64,000 nt of DNA from a virus (lineage: Duplodnaviria > Caudoviricetes), in IMG/VR virus record IMGVR_UViG_3300028048_000086, positions 32,001 to 96,000 of that record. One strand, written 5' to 3'. The notes beneath the pieces were generated by a model. The model did not search any database and was not told the DNA's origin. It was given only the letters and a program-made list of their open reading frames with translations. The position numbers were made by a program, and so were the translations under genes. Shown one piece after another: positions 40,243 through 50,052 of the stretch. The stretch's first letter is position 1. Every line of letters starts with the position of its first letter.

Positions 40243-41562
40243 TTAAGCTCTTCTAGCCGACACGACGTCACTGAAGATGCGGCGAAGATCTGCTCTGAGA
40301 TCAATCGGCTCTTCGTTCTTCGCGGATTCCGTGACTTCGACATCTTCCGCGATGGACGGGTCTTTCACTGAGCCGGCTTCAATCTTCTTATCAGCCTTCT
40401 CCTCTTTAGACTCTTTCGTGTCGATGCCTGTAACCGTCTTGCTGGCCAGAGACTCTTTCATATCGCAAATGGAATCCTTGAGAGAATCCATCGAACGCTT
40501 TTTGATTGCTTCGACGTCAGCTTTGTCTGCGCCGAGAGCCTCGCGGAGAATCATATAGGTTTCTGCCATACTCTCCTTGAGAGCGGCCTTTGAATCCGCG
40601 ATTTCTTTTTCCATGGACTCTTTCAGCTCTGCCGATTCTTTTTCGGACGCCTCAAGCTTTTCCTTGGACTCCTTGAGCTCGGTATTTTCAGCTTCGAGAG
40701 CCTTCTTAGCTTCCGTGAGTTCAGCAATCGTCTTTTCAGACGTTTCCTTGGCTTCCGTAAGCTCAGTGACTTTGGCTGAAAGCTCTTCAATCTTAGCTTT
40801 TGCCTCGTCGAGCTCCGTCGGCTTGACTGCTTCTGCCATTTCTTTTGCTCCTTTACTCGGTATATAGCTTTCTTGTGTTTGCATACTCTGTTTCGAGCTG
40901 TTCGCCGTTGCGGGGTATACATCCACTTTCTGGGAATACATGTCGCTAGGAACGACGACGAAGCTCAGTTCTTTGCCTTCCATTTCATGGACATCCCAGT
41001 AGCAAACTTCTTTTTTGCCGTTGTCATCATAAACTCTCCCGCGTTCATGCCCATTCGGACATCCTTCTTGAGAGTTCGTAATATATTCACCACAGATCGA
41101 GCATCTGACATCGTGAGCAGTGGCTCCGATAGACGTTGTAGCGAGAAGGCCATTTTTTACGTCCTTCTTCGCTTGCTCATCTGGGACATTTACCGTAAAT
41201 CGAATCGCCGGAGTTCCTGAGAGCGTTCCGTGATCAACGTATTTTGCGTCGATGATGCGCCCGATGATATCTCCGTTTGATTCATTGTGATGTTTGATCA
41301 GCGGGCGATTATATGGCTTCGTCCAGCTCGCGATCGATTCTTTTAAGCATTTCGGCGTATATCTCGTGAAATTTCTCGTCGCGAATGGCGCGGCGTGAAT
41401 TCCTTCGATCTCCACCATCAAAGAATCAGGGTCAATCGTATCCACCGAAGTTGAATGTTTTTCAGCTTCCGAAACTTCTATGGTTTTCGTTTCTCCAGAG
41501 GCATCTTGAACGAAAGAAGCATCTACGTATTCTCGAATCATTAATGCCATATCACTTTTCAC
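40243..41562 (-). CDS. Prohead protease with C-terminal coiled-coil scaffold
   Basis: PLIKHH...IGRI...TTSIG...CSICG...ELSFVVVPSD, then an E/K-rich coiled coil. Confidence 0.8.
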   Translation of the reverse strand: MKSDMALMIREYVDASFVQDASGETKTIEVSEAEKHSTSVDTIDPDSLMVEIEGIHAAPFATRNFTRYTPKCLKESIASWTKPYNRPLIKHHNESNGDIIGRIIDAKYVDHGTLSGTPAIRFTVNVPDEQAKKDVKNGLLATTSIGATAHDVRCSICGEYITNSQEGCPNGHERGRVYDDNGKKEVCYWDVHEMEGKELSFVVVPSDMYSQKVDVYPATANSSKQSMQTQESYIPSKGAKEMAEAVKPTELDEAKAKIEELSAKVTELTEAKETSEKTIAELTEAKKALEAENTELKESKEKLEASEKESAELKESMEKEIADSKAALKESMAETYMILREALGADKADVEAIKKRSMDSLKDSICDMKESLASKTVTGIDTKESKEEKADKKIEAGSVKDPSIAEDVEVTESAKNEEPIDLRADLRRIFSDVVSARRA

Positions 41563-43660
41563 CTGCCTTTTTTAGCTCCAACGAACATCTACAATAGGGA
41601 TGAAACGCCGGAATATCATCCAGGCTGAAATGATCGGTATGGATAATCCGATTATGTTCTTTCTTGTCGGAAGAACCTTCGTTGAAATCTACGTACACCT
41701 GACGGATTTTTAGCGCGGCACATGTTTTCACGTACGCGTACCAGTAAGCTTTCGAAGCTACTTGCTCCGACAGGAAACGAAGTCGATATTCAGAAGAATT
41801 GAAAGCGGCTTCGCGGTCGTCTCGGCTCTTAGCCCGTTTCAGTTTTCGATGAATATCTTTAAACATTTCAGTAAGATGCTTGTCTACTTTATCATCTAAG
41901 AGAGCGGATATAATACGCGGTTCAATATTCGGCTGCTTCTTCGCTTCTTTTATTGCCGCGTCGTATCCTTTGACAGCTTCGGACGATATATATCGTTTCA
42001 AACTCTTGCCAATTTCATCTCTTACGAGTGGTAGAGATAAGAAGTCTTTACCGGAGCCATCTTCACATAAATCATTACGCACGGCATTATACCTTTTATA
42101 AATTGAAGTGAATTTTTTGCGATAGTCCTCTTTGTTTGCTTTCGTTATTTCTTCGCGGCTCTTTTCAGATTCCGTGACATTTACGTTCTCTTTCACCTTC
42201 GCGCTAGACGTTCCATGCTGGTTTTGTGGAGACATCGTATTTTTCGCCTGACCAGATGTCTTCTGTTGTTTATCCGGTCCAGATGTTCCGGCATTTGCCG
42301 TCGTGTTTCCTTCGCCGCCTGTTTTCGCGTTAACCAATTCAAGGGCATTTTTCTGCTGAACCATATTCGCGTAGAGACGAGATTCATCCACCGTATCGCT
42401 GCGAAGGCCGAGATTCGTGCGCATTTCCTCGAACGGGATCGCGTTGCCTTGGAACATATTCATCGCGTGCGTCTGCATCTTGACCTTCGTATCAAGATCA
42501 ATTTCCTCGAAGCGGAAATAAACTTTATCCTGAACGTTGGTAATTGGATCATATCCGCCTTCGAGAAGAAGCTCGTTAATCATTCCGTTCTCGATGAACG
42601 TTTCAATTGTTCTCTGGAAGAACTTAACAGCATCATGCACCTGTTCATCCATAGAATCGGCATCTTGCTTCGCACCGCCACGGCCGGCCTGCGCCGTAGA
42701 AAGACAGAGAGCAGAGAAAACGCGGGCCTCGAAATATTTCAGGTAATTTGCCAAGTCCATGACGGAGCCTTCGGCACCGACAACATTGAACTCAGTGCGC
42801 TCATTTGTGATAAGAACGCCATCATCAGCGACTTTTTCGATTTCAGACTGAGCTTCCTTGATTTCCTGACTCGTCGCCATCATTCCTTCTTGAGGAATGC
42901 CGACTTTCATCTGGAGCAGAGGAGAAGCATGACGATAAACGAGACGAAGAGCGCTGCCTTCAATTTTGCGGAGCATTTTTACATCTTCAAGAGCGGCTTC
43001 AATACGCGGAGTACCAAATGCCGCGCCGCCCTTCTTGTCGATGTAGAAATGGATAACATCCGTGTTTTTAAAAGACTTCTTGTTATTACCGACCTGCTGC
43101 TGATACTGCTTAATCGTACCAGCATTATCACGTTTGATCTGGATCGTCGTAGGATCGACGCGGAAATAACCGCCGACAGGTTTCGTATCAAGAACTCCTT
43201 TCGCCTGAAGACCGCCGACATTCAAGTTATCGGCGCGGCTTTTAACGAGAAAGGCATTCGAGTAGGAAATCAAATCTTCAGCGATGCCCTGAAACAGAAT
43301 ATCCATCGGGGTGCTCGTCATAAAACTCATCAGATTAAATCTCTGCTGAATATATTCTGCGGCCGCATCGTTGTCCGATACAATAGAATATCCAGCCTTG
43401 AAAACAAGCTGAGAGTATTTGGTGATCGCGAGTTTAATATACGAATCCGCTGAGATGGCGTCGCGAATTTCTCCGAGATCTGATTCTGGAGAAGCGAAGT
43501 CGCCATTCGAGGAATCTTCGATTTGTCCGACGGCTTTGACGACGAAATTCTTTACGTTCTGAGGCGTAATCGTCATTCCGCCGGCTTCTTTCGTTTGAAC
43601 TCTAGAAGGAGGGGAGATGAATTCCCGAATCCTGTCTTTTGCTAAGTTTATAAAATTCAT
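41552..43660 (-). CDS. Portal protein with C-terminal head-morphogenesis-like extension
   Basis: SNAFLVK, DVIHF...FGTP, position before the protease; C-terminal PAFHPYCRC resembles the SPP1 gp7/MuF-type motif. Confidence 0.82.
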   Translation of the reverse strand: MNFINLAKDRIREFISPPSRVQTKEAGGMTITPQNVKNFVVKAVGQIEDSSNGDFASPESDLGEIRDAISADSYIKLAITKYSQLVFKAGYSIVSDNDAAAEYIQQRFNLMSFMTSTPMDILFQGIAEDLISYSNAFLVKSRADNLNVGGLQAKGVLDTKPVGGYFRVDPTTIQIKRDNAGTIKQYQQQVGNNKKSFKNTDVIHFYIDKKGGAAFGTPRIEAALEDVKMLRKIEGSALRLVYRHASPLLQMKVGIPQEGMMATSQEIKEAQSEIEKVADDGVLITNERTEFNVVGAEGSVMDLANYLKYFEARVFSALCLSTAQAGRGGAKQDADSMDEQVHDAVKFFQRTIETFIENGMINELLLEGGYDPITNVQDKVYFRFEEIDLDTKVKMQTHAMNMFQGNAIPFEEMRTNLGLRSDTVDESRLYANMVQQKNALELVNAKTGGEGNTTANAGTSGPDKQQKTSGQAKNTMSPQNQHGTSSAKVKENVNVTESEKSREEITKANKEDYRKKFTSIYKRYNAVRNDLCEDGSGKDFLSLPLVRDEIGKSLKRYISSEAVKGYDAAIKEAKKQPNIEPRIISALLDDKVDKHLTEMFKDIHRKLKRAKSRDDREAAFNSSEYRLRFLSEQVASKAYWYAYVKTCAALKIRQVYVDFNEGSSDKKEHNRIIHTDHFSLDDIPAFHPYCRCSLELKKAGEK

Positions 43661-43689
43661 CTTACGTGAGCGATGCTCACGACACCTCC

Positions 43690-46600
43690 TTAATAATGGA
43701 CAGTCATGAAGCGAGTATATGTAAACTTATTTCCGTACTTGCTTGCGATACCTTTTTCTCGTTCCATATACTTCGTAGCGGCCTGTTCTCTTTCTTGTTC
43801 GTATGCCTGATAATAAACTTTTTCCGTCTCATCATAATCACGGAACTGAGTAGCTCTAAAACTCGTATATTTTTCAAGGATACTGACATTCGGCTCTTTC
43901 AGGTTAATCATCGTCGGTCGCCACGTCATACCCTTGCAACGAGGATCTTTAACATTTTTCTGCGCTTCTGCCACAATTTTATTCTGATAATTTCTTTTCA
44001 GCTCTTTCGCATGCAGATACAACTGGTAATGCCTCAGATTCTTTACTTCGTTCTCGTATTGATCGCAATTCGCATCGATTTCTTTTACAAAATTACGATA
44101 TTGCTCATCATCGTTGCTCTTCTGGCTTGCGGCTTCCTGTTTTACTTTCCTCTGGTCTTCCGTCATCGCCGGATAGTCATTTTCTTTTACTTCTTTGAAC
44201 TTAAACGGTTTATTGTCCGCTTCCGAGGAAGATGGCGTACTCGTCGTTGATGAAGAGGACGATGTTGAGCTGCTCTTTGCCGAGCTTGATCCGCTTGAAG
44301 AAGATTGGGTCGAAGAAGATGACGAGCTCTTGCCTTTGTTCTTATCGTTGTCTTTACTAGAGTTCCTTTTCGGTTCTTCAGCTTTATATTTATCCGCCGT
44401 CTTGAGGTATTCGACGGCGCTCTCTTCACTATACCCCTGTTTAATCAGATAGTTAATGTCATTCCACTGGATATGGCGACCATTTGGAGCCTTATAATGC
44501 GAATACTTGGAGCTATGATTCTTGACCTGCGGAGTTTTATATGTATCTTGTGTATTGAGGAAGTCAACGGCATCTTTCGTCGAATATCCCTGTTTGATGA
44601 GGTAGTCGATATCATTCTGTTTGATGTATTTCCCGTTCGGAGATACGTAATCGGAATCGCCTTTCTTGCGCTTCGCCGTAGCCTTATATTCGCTCTTCGC
44701 GGAGTATTTGTCACAGGTACCAAGATAAGCCACTGCATCCGATTCGCTATATCCTTGTTTGATAAGGTAGTCGATATCATTCTGCTTGATCTTCAAGCCA
44801 TTCGGAGCCGTATACTTCGAATTTCCGGTAAATGGTGATCCGGACGAAGCCTGCTTCGTGATATCCTGGAGAATTGCACCACGTTTTTTCTTGTCGAAGA
44901 CGCCCGTGATAACATCCGTAGCAAGATTGACATAATCTTCGTCAGACATGTTACCTTTGCTGATATTCTTCACGCCGCTGACGATATCGCCGACGGAAGC
45001 GCCGCCGATCTGGATACCGCTAACGACATTCTCCAAGAAGCTGCCGCCTTCGTGATTTCCTGTTTGACCGGTCGCGGCGTTGAGGGCTGCTCTTCCGATA
45101 TTCCCGACAATTCCTCCACCGAGATGTTTCGATAACTGATCTGTACCCATCTTAAGAAGAGCATCTCCGATGTCTTTTCCGCTATCGCCGGTGATGCCTC
45201 CGCCGAAACCACCACCGATGCCGTGGGATACAGTATCGAGGGCTTGCTGAGCGAGATCTTTTCCGCTGCCGCCTCCGATAGCGCCGCTAATTTTATCGAG
45301 AAGATTTCCGCTCTTTTTCGACGAATCATCGCTCTTCGACGTATCTTTCGCGTAAGAGTATGTTCCATCATCGTTCTTGTCGACTTTCTTCGAATACTTG
45401 TCAACTTTATTGAGCTCGTTGATAGCGTCTTGCTCGGAATAGCCTTGCCCTTTGAGATAATCAAGATCGTTCTTCGAGAAGTGCGTACCATTCGCGGCTT
45501 CGATGTCGCTATCGCCGTCTTTGAACTTCTCACTTTTACCTGAATCACTCGAGGAATCAGCCGTAGAACCAGATGCATCCGTTGTTTTACCGCTGTCACT
45601 GCTGGTCGTTTGCGTGTTGTAGGCATCTGCGCCATTAATAACTTCAGCGCTGCCAGAGCCATCGCCGATCTGTCCAGCATCATTCATTGCCTTCTCAATT
45701 TCCTGATCCTGAAGGTTTCTAGCGTAGATATCAACGCCATTTTTCATAAGTTCGGCTTTCGCTTGAGCTTCTTTAACTGTTGCGTTTAAAATATCGCTCG
45801 TAAGTATCGTAGAAGAGTTGAGATACTTGAACATGTCATAGAATGCCGAGGAATAAGCCGCGTTATAGCTTGAACGAGACTCTCTCAAAAGAGAATTGCT
45901 ATGGGAATCGCAGTAAGATGTCGAATCCTTATATTTTTCTCCGTAATAGCGTTCTCTTTGAAGCTCTGCCGCATGCCAAGAGCGTAAATGCATCATCGTT
46001 CTATCGACTGAGTGTGTCTTTTTGAAAAGGCGAGACATTTGGTCACGAGAGATTTGTGAACGCACGATATAATCTCTTAAATGTTCCAGCCCTTGCCCTT
46101 CAGGAACTTTGACTTCATCGCCTTCGAAATTCTCGGTTAAATCTTCGATATACATCGCACCAGCATCCGCGACGATTGTTAGCATCTGCTGGAAATATTT
46201 CTGCATAATGATCTGGAGCTGCTGGAGATAATATGTTTCCAACTCCACCTGATCTTTCGCGTACGTTTCCTTTACGATATCGACGAGCGTCTTTGGTGTC
46301 TCCAACGCGATGACGACATTCGCTGGCTTCGGGAAAAGATCTGGCAACTTCGTCAAATATGGGTTGTTCTTCTGCGGAACATGGTCGATATAGTCAATTT
46401 CGTCCGGGATTTCTCCCCCCGGGATATATTCCTTTGGCGTTTCTTCTTCATATGTTCCATTTGGCCATTGAACATCGATTCTCGTGATAATTCTTTCTAT
46501 CGTCGGAACCAAAAATTGAAGCTCGCTCGGAAGCAGAGGGATTAGATTCTTTATCTCGTCATATTGCTGTTTTAGCTGTTCCGGAACTGTCGTAGTCGTA

Positions 46601-46860
46601 GTCGTAGTCGTAGGAGTTCCGGTACGACTTCTGCCAGTATTTTTTTCTTCCTCTTCCGAAGTTTCTTTGATAGGGTTATTTTTTAAACCTTTTTCGTGTT
46701 CTTCTTCCTCTTCTTCCGGCTCTTCGATATCCGGAGTATTTTCATCAGGAATCGGAACGTTAGGAACTTTCGTTCTCTGGAAAACATCGTCAGATAGATA
46801 ATGACGCTCTGGCTCTAAATCCGGACGATATAGTATTTGGTCTTTCTTTTCGTCTGCCAT
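43690..46860 (-). CDS. 1056-aa hypothetical protein with four internal repeats and S/G/T-rich linkers
   Basis: Repeat (A/S)PNGxxIKQNDIDYLIKQGYSxxDAVxYL...DKY three times plus one diverged copy. Confidence 0.7.
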   Translation of the reverse strand: MADEKKDQILYRPDLEPERHYLSDDVFQRTKVPNVPIPDENTPDIEEPEEEEEEHEKGLKNNPIKETSEEEEKNTGRSRTGTPTTTTTTTTVPEQLKQQYDEIKNLIPLLPSELQFLVPTIERIITRIDVQWPNGTYEEETPKEYIPGGEIPDEIDYIDHVPQKNNPYLTKLPDLFPKPANVVIALETPKTLVDIVKETYAKDQVELETYYLQQLQIIMQKYFQQMLTIVADAGAMYIEDLTENFEGDEVKVPEGQGLEHLRDYIVRSQISRDQMSRLFKKTHSVDRTMMHLRSWHAAELQRERYYGEKYKDSTSYCDSHSNSLLRESRSSYNAAYSSAFYDMFKYLNSSTILTSDILNATVKEAQAKAELMKNGVDIYARNLQDQEIEKAMNDAGQIGDGSGSAEVINGADAYNTQTTSSDSGKTTDASGSTADSSSDSGKSEKFKDGDSDIEAANGTHFSKNDLDYLKGQGYSEQDAINELNKVDKYSKKVDKNDDGTYSYAKDTSKSDDSSKKSGNLLDKISGAIGGGSGKDLAQQALDTVSHGIGGGFGGGITGDSGKDIGDALLKMGTDQLSKHLGGGIVGNIGRAALNAATGQTGNHEGGSFLENVVSGIQIGGASVGDIVSGVKNISKGNMSDEDYVNLATDVITGVFDKKKRGAILQDITKQASSGSPFTGNSKYTAPNGLKIKQNDIDYLIKQGYSESDAVAYLGTCDKYSAKSEYKATAKRKKGDSDYVSPNGKYIKQNDIDYLIKQGYSTKDAVDFLNTQDTYKTPQVKNHSSKYSHYKAPNGRHIQWNDINYLIKQGYSEESAVEYLKTADKYKAEEPKRNSSKDNDKNKGKSSSSSSTQSSSSGSSSAKSSSTSSSSSTTSTPSSSEADNKPFKFKEVKENDYPAMTEDQRKVKQEAASQKSNDDEQYRNFVKEIDANCDQYENEVKNLRHYQLYLHAKELKRNYQNKIVAEAQKNVKDPRCKGMTWRPTMINLKEPNVSILEKYTSFRATQFRDYDETEKVYYQAYEQEREQAATKYMEREKGIASKYGNKFTYTRFMTVHY

Positions 46861-46898
46861 CCTTTTCTCCTTTCTCTCCTAATCCTTTTCTCAAAAAA

Positions 46899-46914
46899 TG
46901 TTCCACATGGAACA
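46899..46914. promoter_or_regulatory. parS-like palindrome (Spo0J/ParB site)
   Basis: TGTTCCACATGGAACA versus consensus TGTTNCACGTGAAACA; intergenic. Confidence 0.55.
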
Positions 46915-46926
46915 TTTTCGTATAGC

Positions 46927-46957
46927 AAAAAGCGCCGTGTCAGGGGCACACGGCGCT
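46927..46957 (-). terminator. Terminator after terL
   Basis: AGCGCCGTGT-cagggc-ACACGGCGCT-type hairpin with U5 tail on the - strand. Confidence 0.75.
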
Positions 46958-47007
46958 CGAAGAGAAAGGGATATATATAATAACGGGGCAGGAGAGGAGC
47001 CCCGATA

Positions 47008-50000
47008 TTACCACATCGTTCGACCGCCGCCAGAGTTTCGTCCTCCTGAACGACTTCCCCACGAAGAATGATAAGATCTTCCTCCGCCAGAAGTCAGAGG
47101 GACATGAACCCATTTCTGGTAGTCTCCGGGAAGCTCGCCAGGATCTTTCCCGATTTGTTTCACTCTAGTAGTATTTTTCCATGGGTTGATAGAATTATCC
47201 AAGTCACGTAGCACGGCATTTGCCTGCCGATTCAATGGATCTACGTGAACCTGCTGGATCCTTGTCTCCGTTTTCATCGTCTTAATCGCACCCGTAAGAT
47301 CGGGGAATTTCAAGACGAACGCCAAGTGGGCCAGTCCAAGAGCATCAACGAAGTGTTCGTTCTTGCTCGTATAAACCGGGACGCCCGCCTGCGAGATATG
47401 ATCTACTTCATAATCAACTAATTGCTTATGAAGTACTTCATCGAATGGAGACAAGATAATTCTGCCGCGCTCGAAATTCAGCTTTAGCTGATTCACCATG
47501 AACTGCTTCATGGGCTCCTTTGTTTTTCTTCTCGTAATCGGATCTAGAATATCCAAGGTCTGTTTGAACTGATATCCGATAACTTTGGATTTCAAGCCTG
47601 ATTCAGGATGTTGATCGCCATAGATATGCAGTCTCTCTAGCTGATAATCTCCGTATCCACGGTCACAAAAGATCCATGATGGGCGATATATCTGATTCAG
47701 TTTTACCGTCATCTGGACGGCTTTATCTAAAGAATACTCGCTTCGCGGCACCTCTATCCTTTTCATTACCATGAACTTTTTTCTATGCACATCGAAGTCT
47801 AAGACGAGTAGAGAGCTACCGGCCTGGTAGGCATCCCAGTCAATGCCGATGCACCTAAATGGATTGTATGGTGCCAGATTTTCTTCGTCATACATGATTT
47901 CGATCGGCGGCTGCTGCCCGTTTAAGTTTCTTTTCTGAGTGTCTGTTAGAGGAGCGTACGTATAATACACCTGATGCATTGCTTCATCGAGCTTATTCTT
48001 ATCGAAGACGCCGGCTTCTTCGGTACCGAAAATCGCTAGAATTTCATGGTCATACTGAGAAGCCGTTAATTCAGCTCGATACTGATCTTCTAGCTGCTGG
48101 CTCCAATTCGGATTATCCATCGAAGGATGATAATGCTCCGAATACCCCATACCATTCGGCCTCTTATCCGTACACATCTGATAAAAAACGCCTCGTTTAC
48201 CAGTAGGGGTAGAGGAACAAGTCATTCCGATATCTGGGCGCTCACCGGCGATCATGGCTACCGTGGAGTAATCGTTAGTTCCCATGTAGTCAATTTCATC
48301 AAGAAATAGCCAATCAGCCCTCTGTCCGCGCACAGACGCTGCGCCCTGGCCCGATGAAGCGCCGGTCGTAAAACCGAGAATCGTCGAGCCGTTTTTGAAC
48401 TCTACCGTATAAGGAGAACTCTTAATCCTCGTGATTTCATTCTTTAAGAGAGGAGACTCCGCGATCAACTCTCTCATACGCATAAATAAGAGATTTACCT
48501 GATTCTCGTACGGAGTAACGTAGAGGACACGATAATTTCGGCCTTTCGGAGCTGTCATCGCTCTCCATAAGCCTTCTATAATCATCGTCTCCGACTTCCC
48601 GCAATTATGCGTATAGATATCATTTACAACAAAATTATTGTTTTCAGGAACCATGACGCTATATGTCATAAATTTTCCAAGATGCTCGATGCTCTTAACA
48701 GGATCCCATTCGATGTCTCCATCGCACAATTTCACGATTTCTCTCAAACCAAGATATTTTGATAATATTCGTGCTTTCCATTTTTGAAGTTTGTAGCTTT
48801 TCAAACGCAACCTTTCATTTAATGGATCGCTTGGCCATAACTTTACTAAATTTGTAAGTTTCAAGCCCTTACGTGAAATCTCCTCTTGAATTACCGGATT
48901 AATCTCTTTCGGCATAAAGAGGTCTTGCTCTTTTCCTTGCGTGATAATGTCAAAACACTTGCTTACAGCTTCTTCCTTGCCGTAAATTCCAATTTCTTCC
49001 TTGAAAATCATAAAAGAGATACGATCGCAGATGCAAAGAATCCACGCTTTTTTCTTTTTACGTATATGTGTTCTTATTCCAAAACGCAAGAGTAAATGAG
49101 CTAATTCTCTGATCAATCGCTCGGAATTCGAGCAATATCCTATCTCAGTTCTTGTTTTTTTGCCAGACGAACATGCCCAGCCATCAGTAGAGAATAAACG
49201 AGAAATGAATAAAGCAATTTGTCTTCTTGAACTCTTAAATATTTCTTTCGGAATAAACTTGTCATCTGCTCCATGCCCAAATACGCCATATTTTATCAAA
49301 AGCTCTTTTGCTTCATTCTTATATGTCTTGCTCAGCCGATGCTCTTTTTTTCTGATGCTGTAGTCGTAAGGATTTCCAGAGCATTCATAATGATGAAGTT
49401 CGCATCCGTACTGGGAGACAATTTGCTTCATTTCTTCAAGTTGTTTTCCTGGCGCTTGAGTAAAGCGAATTGTCTTTCTCGTACAATTTCCATCGCCAAT
49501 CATGTAAGCAAGAAATTTAGCATCATTGTCGTCAATTTCTTGATTTCCAAAAAAATTTAGCGCTAGAGGAGTACCGACAGAATCTCCTACATTTAATTCT
49601 TCGATATTTTTCCATCCAAAGGCTGTTAACAGAGGATGATCTGCCGTAGCGTCGATAACTTTTCCGCTTTCAAGAGTTACTCTTAGAACTTCTCGCTCTC
49701 CATTTTCATTTATAATACTATTTTGCTTCGCGGTAGCTTGATATTCATCATTCAGAGAAACTACGCCAAAAGGTTTTTCTTTTTCGAATAATTCTTTTGC
49801 TGTAGAGAGCTCTCCAGTAATTGGATCAAAAATGTTTACCCATCCTGGGACACAGCGTCTTCCAAGGCGATACACTTTACGCAGACTAAAATCGCGAAGC
49901 ATTTCTTCCTGATAGGAACGTGCCGTCCACGGGCCATGTTTCTTGGTCCCTGCGTCATACGTCCGTACGAAAGCTTTAGCCCATAGAACAGGGTCAGCGA

Positions 50001-50046
50001 AGATTTTCTTCAACTTCGCCTGCTCTACGGGCGACAATCTAGCCAT
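47008..50046 (-). CDS. terL: Terminase large subunit, intein-containing
   Basis: Extein Walker A GRR|CGKS, Walker B LFLDEID, SSTPTG coupling motif, nuclease IGIDW and HFVDA. Confidence 0.93.
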   Translation of the reverse strand: MARLSPVEQAKLKKIFADPVLWAKAFVRTYDAGTKKHGPWTARSYQEEMLRDFSLRKVYRLGRRCVPGWVNIFDPITGELSTAKELFEKEKPFGVVSLNDEYQATAKQNSIINENGEREVLRVTLESGKVIDATADHPLLTAFGWKNIEELNVGDSVGTPLALNFFGNQEIDDNDAKFLAYMIGDGNCTRKTIRFTQAPGKQLEEMKQIVSQYGCELHHYECSGNPYDYSIRKKEHRLSKTYKNEAKELLIKYGVFGHGADDKFIPKEIFKSSRRQIALFISRLFSTDGWACSSGKKTRTEIGYCSNSERLIRELAHLLLRFGIRTHIRKKKKAWILCICDRISFMIFKEEIGIYGKEEAVSKCFDIITQGKEQDLFMPKEINPVIQEEISRKGLKLTNLVKLWPSDPLNERLRLKSYKLQKWKARILSKYLGLREIVKLCDGDIEWDPVKSIEHLGKFMTYSVMVPENNNFVVNDIYTHNCGKSETMIIEGLWRAMTAPKGRNYRVLYVTPYENQVNLLFMRMRELIAESPLLKNEITRIKSSPYTVEFKNGSTILGFTTGASSGQGAASVRGQRADWLFLDEIDYMGTNDYSTVAMIAGERPDIGMTCSSTPTGKRGVFYQMCTDKRPNGMGYSEHYHPSMDNPNWSQQLEDQYRAELTASQYDHEILAIFGTEEAGVFDKNKLDEAMHQVYYTYAPLTDTQKRNLNGQQPPIEIMYDEENLAPYNPFRCIGIDWDAYQAGSSLLVLDFDVHRKKFMVMKRIEVPRSEYSLDKAVQMTVKLNQIYRPSWIFCDRGYGDYQLERLHIYGDQHPESGLKSKVIGYQFKQTLDILDPITRRKTKEPMKQFMVNQLKLNFERGRIILSPFDEVLHKQLVDYEVDHISQAGVPVYTSKNEHFVDALGLAHLAFVLKFPDLTGAIKTMKTETRIQQVHVDPLNRQANAVLRDLDNSINPWKNTTRVKQIGKDPGELPGDYQKWVHVPLTSGGGRSYHSSWGSRSGGRNSGGGRTMW
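48604..49854 (-). mobile_element. Intein (417 aa) with LAGLIDADG endonuclease, inserted in the terminase Walker A
   Basis: Starts CVPGW, block B ATADHPLL, FLAYMIGDG / FISRLFSTDG, ends YTHN followed by C; AT-rich. Confidence 0.92.
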
Positions 50047-50052
50047 ATAAAA

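Noticed and set aside
42215-43453. 412-aa plus-strand ORF and similar ORFs over the sheath and capsid genes
   Set aside because: Antisense shadows of well-supported structural genes
46589-46613. (GTCGTA)n microsatellite as a phase-variation tract
   Set aside because: The 6-bp unit keeps the frame and simply encodes a poly-Thr linker
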